From NCBI GenBank assembly GCA_951406725.2, contig OX597815.1, forward strand, positions 34,286,001-34,350,000: 64,000 nucleotides of DNA, written 5' to 3'. Position numbers and translations under genes: made by a program. The notes under the pieces are model-generated. The model made no database searches, had not been told where the DNA came from, and saw nothing but the letters and a program-made list of their open reading frames with translations. Positions 12,188-23,735 of this stretch are shown here, piece after piece (position 1 is the first letter of the stretch; the number at the start of each line of letters is the position of its first letter). Origin of the DNA: Octopus vulgaris. Lineage: Eukaryota.

Positions 12188-12730
12188 AGGACCTAGTGGC
12201 TAGGGCGTTGCATTCATGATTGCGGGATCGTGATTTCAATTCTTTTGGACCAGGTGGGGATGTTGTGTCCTCGAGCAAAATACTTCATCTCACCTAATTC
12301 TATGGTCACTTCGACACCTGACGCGCTTTACACCGTGTATCTGTTCAGGAAACGTCGATTTGATTGAGGTTTGAGGTAATGTGCAGCACGAATATTTGCC
12401 GTTCATGAATTTGGACCTGGAGATCTCCATTTCCAGCGACTTCGAGGGCCACCTCCCAGTGGTGTCCATTTCCAGCGACTTCGAGTGCCACCTCCAAGTG
12501 GTGTCGGGCGTCAACGAAGAGCCTTCGAATACAACAAGACGACCAAAGTTTTTTCCAAGGTCTCCCGCCCCTAAGCCCTAGACCATCACATAATCACCCT
12601 TACCCGTCTTGTTGCTTAACAACAACACCAACAACAACAGCCCGAACATTTGATCACTATAAACAAATCATTTGTGCAGGTCATTCGACAAAAGCTGAAC
12701 ATCATATGTTGTCTTTGACGGTAGAGTCTA
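12188..12730 (+). mobile_element. old tRNA-derived SINE interrupted by the 12399-12637 insertion
   Basis: CCTAGTGG head and TTGTGTCCTCGAGCAA core as in family C; sequence resumes after the duplicated target. Confidence 0.6.
12399..12637 (+). mobile_element. short unclassified retroposon, copy 2, with 15-bp TSD and (CAA)n tail
   Basis: TSD CAGCACGAATATTTG (12384-98) / CAGCCCGAACATTTG (12638-52); internal 39-bp tandem duplication 12426-12503. Confidence 0.8.
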
Positions 12731-13019
12731 TTATTTATATACGGGACACCGGGTCTAGTTGTTACACGGGTAGGCTGTAACAAGCCCATTGTTTCCAACT
12801 TGGCACTTGGTCTCTACCTCATGAAGGCCAACTCCATAACATTATGACTGCACATGTGTATCGCACTGGCGGGCTGTCACCAGGAAAGGTATGGCCCAAA
12901 AAACGATTTTTTTTACTCCAAAAGTAAAATTTTGCCACGAAGTTACTGCCTTAACTCCTAAAGCACAAATGGCGTTACTGAAGTAGTGTTAAACCAGGTG
13001 AGCAATCGAGCAACCATCC

Positions 13020-13560
13020 AAAGAACTCAAAGTGCAAAGAGCAAATATCACAAGGACTCTCATCAGACGCTCAAATAATTCTATCAATCTAACAGTTTGT
13101 GCTGCTCGTATTTTATTTCATCAATTTCGGGAGATGAAAATCAATATGACAACGTCAACCGCGGTGAGTTTTGAACTCAAAGCGTCGAGCGATTGAATAT
13201 TTAGTGTAAAAGTATCTCACCTGAACATAAAAATAATTCCACGAATCTAACTATGAGTGTTGCTAGTACTTTAATTTTTCGATCTGAAAAAGAAAAGCAA
13301 ATAAAAGGTGAAGTCGACTTCACTGAGATTTGAATTCAGGACAACGGGCCAAATGCCGTAAAGATTCTCATCTGACGTCCAAAAAGTTCCACTAGTCTAT
13401 CGTCCTGTTCTGCTGGCTCTTTAATTTATCGATCAGGTACAGAAAAAATACAAGGCAAAGTCGACAAAGCGGGGATTTAAACTATGACCATATAGAACCA
13501 GAACACAATAATGCAAAGCATTTTGTTCCAAGTTTTGACGAATCTATCAATTTGTCATCT
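13020..13560 (-). repeat. tandem array of about 3.5 degenerate SINE-B-like units (period about 150 bp)
   Basis: Recurrent GCTGGTACT..TTATCGA, AAGTCGAC and TTTGAACTCA variants. Confidence 0.55.
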
Positions 13561-15774
13561 ATCTAAGAATCTATCTGTAATCCGAGGGAGATTCAGCAGC
13601 AAGTTCTAATAGGTAAGGTACTCAACCTTCAATTTCTCTCTCTCTTCTCTCCCTCTCTCCCTCTCTCTCTCTCCTTCTCTCTCTCTCTATCTCTCGTTGG
13701 TTCGTATATTTATAGTCATATACTCTGAGAGGTCTTCGTTGATTTATTGTTCTTCAACCAAGGAAATTTAGAGCCTTGTGCCCAATAGAAGACATTAGTA
13801 TTCATGGGAAGAAGAAGAAGAAGAAGAAGAAGAAGAAGAAACAATCTTACCATAGGTAGGCATCATAAATTTATAGGTATTGGGAATGAGATTGTGTGAT
13901 TGTCATGCCTTTCTCGCCAACACTAGTGACGTACGTGAAAAAAAATTGGCTAAATAAGATATAATACAACGAAAGAAATTGAAATAGCCATTAAAATACA
14001 AAACAAGTGACAAAAACTAGATGTGATTTGTATGACGGAGCGCAAATTAACTTCCAGATGTTCGACTGGTTACGTGACAGATATTCACACAAAGTTGCAC
14101 AACAAAGAACAGCACACCCAGTCGTAATACGTCTGCAAAATTATAATATAATTTACAATAGATAGAAATAAGATGGTGGTATTGGAGCGGTCGATTCTGC
14201 GTTGGCGAGAAGAATACTTAATGGTGTCACACTTGCATATTACAAAGATGAATTTGCGCCAGAAAAGAATTCTTACTAAGCTATTTTGGCAATGATCTAA
14301 GTTGATTAAAGTAAATCGGAAAGAAATGGAAGAAATAAACAAACAAAATTGCAACTGATTAAAAATAGTTGCAGTGAGAAATTAAAAAAAAGGACGCTAA
14401 AAGAAAAAGATTGAATCGACAAGAGTAACATTAGTTTGAATAATAATGACTTTTTTTTATAGATATTTTATTTTATATTTAATATTTTTGACAATCCTTT
14501 TCTTTCTTTTAAATATATTTTTTGATTGCTTGATGTAAATTTAGCTGCAAAGTTAATTGTCGTGAGATGGAGTTCTGGGTAATGCAAATCTGTGTGGTAT
14601 GCGAATTTTAACTGATTTAATATTTCCCTGTCGTCTTATATGAATTTGTTTATGCGTTATATCATGTTATCTCTATTCGTCTTTGATTAATTTCTCTGAT
14701 ATTGTTATTGGAACGAACAGCTGAATAATCACAAAATATGAAAAAAGTAAATCAAAACAACTACACAGTTTGTCTTCGTTTCAATTCCTTTTAACCATCT
14801 GTCATACATTCCAAGTATAACCAACAAAACTGACTTTGGCTTATGAACAAGATGTCTCAATAGGAAAAATCTCAAAAACGAATCTCATAAGCAGACTTAT
14901 TTTTAGAGAACTTTTTGAAAATCAACTTAGTGGTGCTTCCCACTTCTAGTTATTTTGACTTAGTGGTCAAAGGAGGTTAGATGGTGGCCGTATGTAACTG
15001 GTAAAAATTTCAGAAGCAAGTAGCCTAAATAATCACTGGCGCTATACTCTTGTTGTGGAACCAGCAGACAGCTACTTCTCCCGCAAAACCCAAGACTCCG
15101 TAGCAAGACAAACTGGTGTATTTGTTCAGAAATTATTGTTACGATTTTCTAATCAGGAATAAGAGAAATTATTATTTCTAGAATATTAGTTTTGTTTCTG
15201 TTTCCTTATTTTCCCCTTTATTGTGATGACAAGATTCGCAATGCAATTATCGATATATCATCGATACATTATAGCATTGATTTCTTTTCTTTTTTTTTTT
15301 TTTCGTTTTTTCAATTAATAATTGAGTACTAGAGTATATTGGATACAGTTTCCATTAAAGTGTGCCACAAAGAGAAAGAGATTATCATAGTAAAGTGCAG
15401 CTACTACACAACTCTCTAAATTGCATCTGAAAAGTACTATTGCACCAACAAACAGTATTCTCTCTCTACCTTTCTTTTCCGCAAATACGTTTTTTTTCTT
15501 CTTCTTTCCTCTCAACTACTATGCGTTTTATCATGGAGATCCACTTGTTTTCCTCATTTCATCATCTCTACAGCATAACCAAGATGAGTCCCCATATAAA
15601 ATATTTCATTTAGTTTTTTGTCCCCAGAACCAGAATCCTTTTAAACCGCTCCCACCCCGATTTCTTCAAATTTCAACCGATAGAAATTCAATTGGTACAT
15701 CAACTACACTAATCTCACTAATCTGCGAGAGTCTGCAAAGAGTACGAACTCAGTCCCATCTCATAGGACAAATT

Positions 15775-15985
15775 ATTGGCTTCAAATTTTCGCACAAAGC
15801 CAGCAATTTCGGGGGAGGGGTTAAATTGATTGGATTAACCCTAGTGCTCAACTGGTACTTATTTTATCGATCTCGAAAAGCAAAGTCGATCCCGGTGGCA
15901 TTTTAACTCAGAACATAAAGACGGATGAAATACTGCTAAGCATTTTACCCGGTATGATAACGATTTTGTCGCGTCGCCGCCCTTA
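15775..15985 (-). mobile_element. SINE family B, alternative tail subfamily
   Basis: B head and core plus AAATTGCTGGC..GTGC.AAAATTTGAA tail as at 54975-55187 and 61195-61410. Confidence 0.8.
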
Positions 15986-17430
15986 TAGGACTAAATACTA
16001 AAAAGTAAAAAGAGGACAGCAGGACTGGGGTAAATAACCACTTTTTCTCTATTTGCAACAAACATAAACCACCCAACAATGGAAACATAATGCTGATTGA
16101 GAATAAACATGTCTTTAACATTTCATTCTACATCAGCTGTGCGTAAAATGAATCAATAATTGATATGAACCCTCTCTCTATAACAACATCCTCCTGCTAA
16201 CATTATAGATATTGTGAGTCTCTTCTGTCTATGCGGATGCTGTTGAACGTTGTTGACCAATGCCGTGGCGTGACGAAAGTCGAAAAGTCGTTGGTCTCGT
16301 AACGCGATGAATGTTATAACGAGATGCCATAATATATTAAGTTATTATTGTTGCGTACACCTCTGATCAGCCCGTACTTTATTCATTGCAGTACAGCAAT
16401 AGTTATTCATTGTCTCACTTATCCTTCTTTTCAAAGACGCAAAATATGATGTGAAGATCTGATAGCTATTTTTGATATATGTTAGATATTGCAGTTGAGC
16501 AGTTGATGCTCTGCTAGGAGCAATGCCGCATTATGGGGTCAGCCATATAGCATGTAAGTTTACTGAAATGTATTCTTCCATGATGTGAACCAAATTATAG
16601 ATGAGTACATTATTGTGTAGTAATCAGTGTGGTCGATAACGTATGGTGGAGTTAAGATCTAATTAAGGGATAGTAAGCAGAATATGGAATTTATAATCAG
16701 TATTGGCATGAATGTTTATACGTCTAGCTGAATACCTCGGAATCCTAAAATCAAATATCATCAAAGATCAGCATTGACTTTCAATCTTGGAAATGATTAA
16801 ATAATATACCTTAACAGAGTAATGGACGTCCGGCTGAGGAATCAGAATTGTTTGTGCGGTGGGGGAGGCACTTAATTCTTTATATTGCCCAGTCTACTTG
16901 GTTGTAATAAGTACCACAAGAAATCAGTATCTCACCACTGTAAGCAGTGTTGGTATTGTACAATAGTAAATGCTTCCTTACCTTAAAGTGTGAGGGTTCC
17001 AATATGTTAATGGCCAGGGTAGACTACATTAAAAAATCACATCTTCAGTCATATCTCAAGAAACCAGTAGTATATAAAAAAATTGTTATACGCAATTGAA
17101 GTAGTATTAAATTAAAATAGACATCTAAGTATCATACTTAATGTATACATATTCGGTGGCTGGCTGAAAGTACGCGCCATTGAAAAGGCCAAGAAATGCC
17201 GATCTTTGTCTGGCGTTCTCGCTGGCTGCTGATAGGGCGAATTTTCGTCTCTTTCGCTCTTTATGATATTTGTTGTGTTTTTAACACTTCACGTTCATAA
17301 CTGATGTTACCCCAGGACAAATACCGCAGTAACTGGCCTATCGAGTGCCTGTACGTTAAGTATGGATCTTGTAGTGATGGTACTAATGGCTGCTGTGATT
17401 GTAGTGGTTGTGGTTGTAGTTGTACTGTCT

Positions 17431-17803
17431 TATTCTTTTACTTTTTTACTTATTTCAGTGATTTGACTGTGGCCATGCTGGGGCACAGCCTTCAAGGGTT
17501 TTACTCGGAGAAATCGACCGCAGGACTTAATCTTTGTAAGCCTAGTATTTATTCTATCGATCTCTTTCACCGAACTGCTAAGTTACGGGGACATAAACGA
17601 ACCAGCATCGGCTGTCAAGCAATGGTGTTGGGGACAGAAACTGACACAAAGTAACACACATAAATATATATACACATATATTCGACAGGCGTCTTTCAGT
17701 TTCCTTTTACCAAAGATACTTGTCCAATGTGTCACGCAGTGGGATTGAACCCGGAACCATGTGGTTCGAAAGTAAGCTTCTGGCCACAGAGCCACGTTTG
17801 CGC
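17431..17803 (-). mobile_element. SINE family A with internal deletion
   Basis: Colinear with 1096-1508 but lacks the block between TACCAAA and GATACTTG. Confidence 0.8.
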
Positions 17804-18244
17804 GTAATTGTGATAGTAGTTTGGGGTTTATGAAAATAGGGCCTTTTTGTTTTAATTGAAAACAGGCCCTTTTTTAGAATTGGAGATATTGGTTGGTAAC
17901 TGTCGGGGTTTTTATTGTTGGTTGTGGCATTAAAAATTCTAACTGACTGTAGTGGTTGCAAAGTAGTATTTGTAGTGGTTGTGGAGTGGAAGCAGTGGCG
18001 GTTGTAGAGTGATACACCAGTACTCGTGAAGTGGTGGTAATCATAATTTTGGTGGGGTGGTGGCAGCTGGTGGTAATTATGGTTGAGGTAGTGATAGCAG
18101 TAGTAACAGTCGTGATAGTTGTGGTGGGGCAGAGTGGTGGTAGTTGAGGTAGTGGTGGTAGTAGAAATAATACTGTGGTTGTGGAGTGGTGGTGATGATA
18201 TTAGTTGTAGATGGTGTAGTGAATGGTGAAGTGGTAGTAATGTA

Positions 18245-18661
18245 GGCGGCGAGCTGGCAGAAACGTTAGCACGCCGGGCGAAATGCTTTGCGGTATTTCG
18301 TCTGCCGTTACGTTCTGAGTTCAAATTCCGCCGAGGTCGACTTTGCCTTTCATTCTTTCGGGGTCGATAAATTAAAGTACCAGTTACGCACTGGGGTCGA
18401 TGTAATCGACTTAATACCTATGTATGTCCTTGTTTGTCCCCTCTGTGTTTAGCCCCTTGTGGGTAATAAAGAAATAGGTATTTCGTCTGCCGTTACGTTC
18501 TGAGTTCAAATTCCGCCGAGGTCGACTTTGCCTTTCATCCTTTCGGGGTCGATAAATTAAAGTACCAGTTACGCACTGGGGTCGATGTAATCGACTTAAT
18601 ACCTATGTATGTCCTTGTTTGTCCCCTCTATGTTTAGCCCCTTGTGGGTAATAAAGAAATA
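18245..18661 (+). mobile_element. young SINE family B with 185-bp internal tandem duplication and TSD
   Basis: TSD GGTAGTAATGTA at 18233-18244 and 18662-18673; 18292-18476 repeated at 18477-18661. Confidence 0.9.
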
Positions 18662-19341
18662 GGTAGTAATGTAGGTGCGCAGTGGTGATAGTAATGATGG
18701 GGGTATTGGCACTGGTGTTGTTGTTGCTGTTGCTGTTGTTGTTGGTAGTGGTGGTGTTGCAGGAGTGTCACGAGTTTTGTTACAATGATGGTAGTAGTGA
18801 CAGGAAAAGTCACGAGGAGATGCGAAGCGAAGTGAAGTTTATTCCTTTGTCAAATGTCAAACACATCATGATTAAACCGCGTCAGCACATCCACAACTCA
18901 CGTGTAGCCGTGTTCGACTCCGACCATCCTCTACGTCGTGTTATGTCAAGATTTTTACTGCATGGGGGGGGGGGGGCGATGGAGGAAGTGAGGAGGTGGG
19001 GGGGGGCAAGGCAAAAGAAGAGACATACAGTTGTCATTGTTAAACGGAGTTTTTAAATAATTATATTTCGAAGAAACGACAGAATTCCCTTGGGTTTCCC
19101 TTATAAAGATAGATGGAAACAAGCATCAAAGTAATGGCAGCCATCTTTATAGGCATGATGAAGGCGGTTGTTATAGCAACAACAGTAGCAGTCCCAGCGA
19201 CAACAACAACATTGATAGCATCATTAGCAACGAAAACGAAGGACAGTCTAAGCAGTCAATCAGCTTGAGAGAAATAGCAACCAGGCTTCCTCAAATTCAC
19301 CTTGCCGTCATCAAACAGCAAGGACACATTCGACAATGCAG

Positions 19342-19950
<609 letters not shown>

Positions 19951-20333
19951 AGAAAAAATTTGTTTGCTTGTTATCAGTCGTAAGACACTTGTTGTTTTCA
20001 CCGTTAATGCTTCTGTATTTCATGTTTCTGTATTCCATTATTGTTTTTTTTTTTTTTTTTATCTGTCCCTTTTGCTGTCCTGGTGTTCGTATGCATTCGA
20101 TCCTTCTTCTTCCAGGAAATCTACGCTTGCAGCTTAGTTTTTCTAATGCTCGTTGCTTAGTTTTTCTTGGAGGGCTGGCCGTGATCTAGTAATCTCAAGA
20201 TTAATCAGCCGAAATTACTACGATGATCCGGTTCTTGACTGAAGACTGAGGGTTTCGAATGTCCTGTCCGTGTTTATTGTATCGTCTTCTAAGAGTTATA
20301 CGTTCTTGTCCATGTTGTATTTTTCTACATACC

Positions 20334-20371
<38 letters not shown>

Positions 20372-20379
20372 TACATACA

Positions 20380-20423
<44 letters not shown>

Positions 20424-21336
20424 AAAAGACTGGATGGATGGTCCAAGCTGGAATGTTTTTCAGTGAGTCTGCTTGATCAGAGCTAGCCTGACGTGGTGTT
20501 GGTGTTTGTGAGGAGGGGGATGACTAAATAAAATAACGATAATGTAGAAGCAATGTCAAAAACAACAACAATAATATTTTAACAGCAGCTATGACAACGA
20601 AAATCTTAACATCGAAGTTATTAATAACAACGACAACAACAACAACATACCTTCGATGACAAAACTACTTAACGAAAGACAAATAAACACAATAGCGAGA
20701 ATGACGACGGTGACGACGAAACAAAATCGTTTAAAATCCCAAAATCAACTATAAACAACAGCAGCAGCAGCAGCAGCAGCACAATGGCAGCGAAAACAGC
20801 AGTACGGACAAGAGCTGCTTCAAAAACGACGAAGGATAGACAAAATAGTTGCAGGAATTTCACGTATTATAATAAAGTATAGAAAATAAAGTTCATGTGA
20901 CCAAAACCAAAAAAAAAAATCAATTCAATTCAATATACAATAAAACTGCACTTGAAATTAACAGTTTTTTTCTTTTTTTTCATGATTAGCATATTACTGT
21001 ACCACTAGTATAACACTGGTACCTGAGGAAATGGCAATCAAAATCGGGGAGGTGGAAATTAAATTGCTCCCAGACAAGTCAAAAGTAATCTTGGCGGGGG
21101 TTAATATTACACCTAATCAATCAGCTAGCGGATGTTTTAATTATTTCGATTATTTTGTTTACCGTCTGTTAATCCTGATACATTTCTATAATATGCATTT
21201 CAATACGCTGCAGTCTATATGTATTTGTTAAAGTACACATAAACTTTAAAATATTTGTTAAAAATAAACTGCAGCCGATATTTGCTTGTTAAAGTACCCT
21301 GCTGTCTATTATACTCATTTCTTAAAGTACACTGCA

Positions 21337-21420
<84 letters not shown>

Positions 21421-21480
21421 CGTTTTTGGATTTGGTTTGCAAGATTCTTTATATGAGTTCGTGTGTTGCAGCTTATTGTT

Positions 21481-21642
21481 TTGTGTCTGGGGAGAGTCAT
21501 TCTCTTTTAGTGCCTTATTATTTTACACACTCACCGGTAAAATTTCCACTTAGAAAATAAAAATAAAAAATAAGTGGAAATTTTACCGGTGAGTGTGTTA
21601 AATAATAAGGCACTAAAAGAGAATGACTCTCCCCAGACACAA
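21481..21642. repeat. 72-bp inverted repeat with 18-bp A-rich spacer
   Basis: 21481-21552 is the reverse complement of 21571-21642 with one mismatch. Confidence 0.9.
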
Positions 21643-21644
21643 CA

Positions 21645-21679
<35 letters not shown>

Positions 21680-21786
21680 ATATTGGGGTCTCTTTCTTTC
21701 TTTTGTTATCTTACCGTTTTTACCAATATATAAATATATATATATACATACATATATACATACATACATACATGCATACACACACT

Positions 21787-21840
<54 letters not shown>

Positions 21841-21844
<4 letters not shown>

Positions 21845-23116
21845 GTTGGCCGGAAAGTTCGTGCCGATTTATTGTAGCTTACCTTTCGACTTACTTTAGA
21901 ATATGGTTGAGTCCATAAAATAGGATTTGACAACAGCTCCATTTAGAGCACAGTTTAAGCTATCTTTTCGTGGAAGAAGGTTTATGTCCCTATAACTTGT
22001 GTTAATTCTGTAATCCTTTGAAATGGAAGATAAGAAAGTTCATTTTCGGCACTTGATGCTTTCCTTTTCCGTAAAGGGAAAAATGCCTCACAAGCAACCA
22101 AAGAAATATGCGCAGTTTACGGTGATATTTCTTTATCCGAAAGAACTGTACAGAAGTGGTTTGCAAGGTTCCGAGCTGGAGATTGTAGCCTTATTGACAA
22201 AGAGCGACCAGGTAGACCATCCACTACAGATGATGACCAAATCAAGTCATTAATTGAGAATAACCCACATTGCATTACCCGAGAATTGGCACAAAGCCTC
22301 AGCCTATCAAAATCCGTCGTTCATGAGCACCTAGTAAAGCTTGGGTACACAAGTCGCTACGATGTTTGGGTACCTCATGAGTTGAGTGAGAAGAACCTTT
22401 TGGATCACATTTCCATCTGTGATTCGCTTTATAAACGGAATGAACACGCGCCTCTCTTAAAGCAAATTGTGACAGGTGATGTGAAATGGATTATCTACCG
22501 AAATGTTCAAAGAAAGCTATCCTGGAGTAAGCAACATGAGCCACCCTTAGCCACCCCAAAAGCGGGTCTTCACCCTAAAAAAGTCTTTCTCCGTGTCTGG
22601 TGGGATTGGAAAGGAATTCTGTATTATGAGCTTCTCCCAAGTAACCAGACAATTAATTCTGAGAAATACAACTGGACGAGTTAAAAGCAGCAATTCAAGA
22701 GAAACGTCCAGAATTGGCCAACAGGAAGGGTTTTGTTTTCCAGCATAATAATACAAGACCGCACGTTTCTTTGGGAACCAGACAAAAATTGCTGCAGCTC
22801 GGCTGGGATGTGTTACCCCACCCTCCATATTCACCAGATATTGCTCCTTCGGGTTTCCACTTATCCAGGTCTCTGCAGAATAGTCTAAATGGTAAAAATT
22901 TCAATTCCTTGGATGACGTAAAAAGATACCTTGATGAATTCTTTGCCATGAAACCACTTCAATTCCGGGAAGAGGATATTTTCAAGTTAAAGGAAAGATG
23001 TAGACGCGTTGTGCAACAAAATGGTTCATATTTGGTCGATTAAAAATGTAATGGCAAGTGTTTATTGACCTTTTTCTTTCCTTTAAAAATCGGCACGAAC
23101 TTCCCGGACAAGCCAA
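21841..23116 (+). mobile_element. full-length mariner transposon (about 1.28 kb), inactive
   Basis: TIRs TTGGGTTGGCCGGAAAGTTCGTGCCGATTT / AAATCGGCACGAACTTCCCGGACAAGCCAA; TA on the left flank. Confidence 0.95.
22023..23043 (+). pseudogene. mariner DD34D transposase pseudogene
   Basis: MEDKKVHFRHLML, WVPHEL, TGDVKW, HNNTRPH and YSPDIAPSG motifs; at least two frameshifts; second and third catalytic Asp replaced (N, G). Confidence 0.92.
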
Positions 23117-23514
23117 CATAAATATGTTAAAATATACTACTACTGAAGCATATATGTATGTTAGTTAAAGTACATTGCAACCTATACTCATATATACATA
23201 TATGCTAAAGTACACTGCAGCCTATATATATTTGCTAAAGTACAAAAAAGTTTGCATTTATTTGTCAAAGCATAATGCAACCTATGATTATTTCCATTGT
23301 GTGCTTTTAACTGCGCTGCGCACGCTGTTTCCTGTGTCTTGATTACTGTTCAGATATTTTGCATTGGCTTTGTTATTTTACTTTTATTTACTTTATTGTA
23401 AGCACCATGCGTGGCGCTCTGCAGTCTCAGTTTTAGTTGAGAATTTAGCTGTTGCCCAATTCCTGTTCATTTTCTTAATCGTTATCTGGTATTGTAGCCT
23501 CTGGTTTTTCCTTT

Positions 23515-23515
23515 G

Positions 23516-23568
<53 letters not shown>

Positions 23569-23610
23569 TATTATTATTATCAGTATTATCAGTATCATTA
23601 TTATTATTAC

Positions 23611-23664
<54 letters not shown>

Positions 23665-23665
23665 C

Positions 23666-23735
<70 letters not shown>
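23515..23735. repeat. (TTA)n/(TAG)n microsatellite at the 3' end of the R4/Dong element
   Basis: Directly visible. Confidence 0.95.

Noticed and set aside
13950-14350. Very old LINE-like traces (DRNK/DGGIG; also RTE-like traces near 16400-17000 and 43330-44350)
   Set aside because: Only isolated short motifs across frameshifts; too weak to annotate without a profile search
20080-20335. Repeat-like segment with CTGAAGA and GCCGAAA words
   Set aside because: Order and pairing do not give a hammerhead fold on either strand
22023-23043. Domesticated SETMAR-like transposase gene
   Set aside because: Frameshifts, two catalytic Asp lost, TIRs still present, no SET domain
21205-23290. Repeat-spacer pattern resembling CRISPR
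   Set aside because: Eukaryotic context, degenerate repeats, irregular low-complexity spacers and no cas genes; a minisatellite
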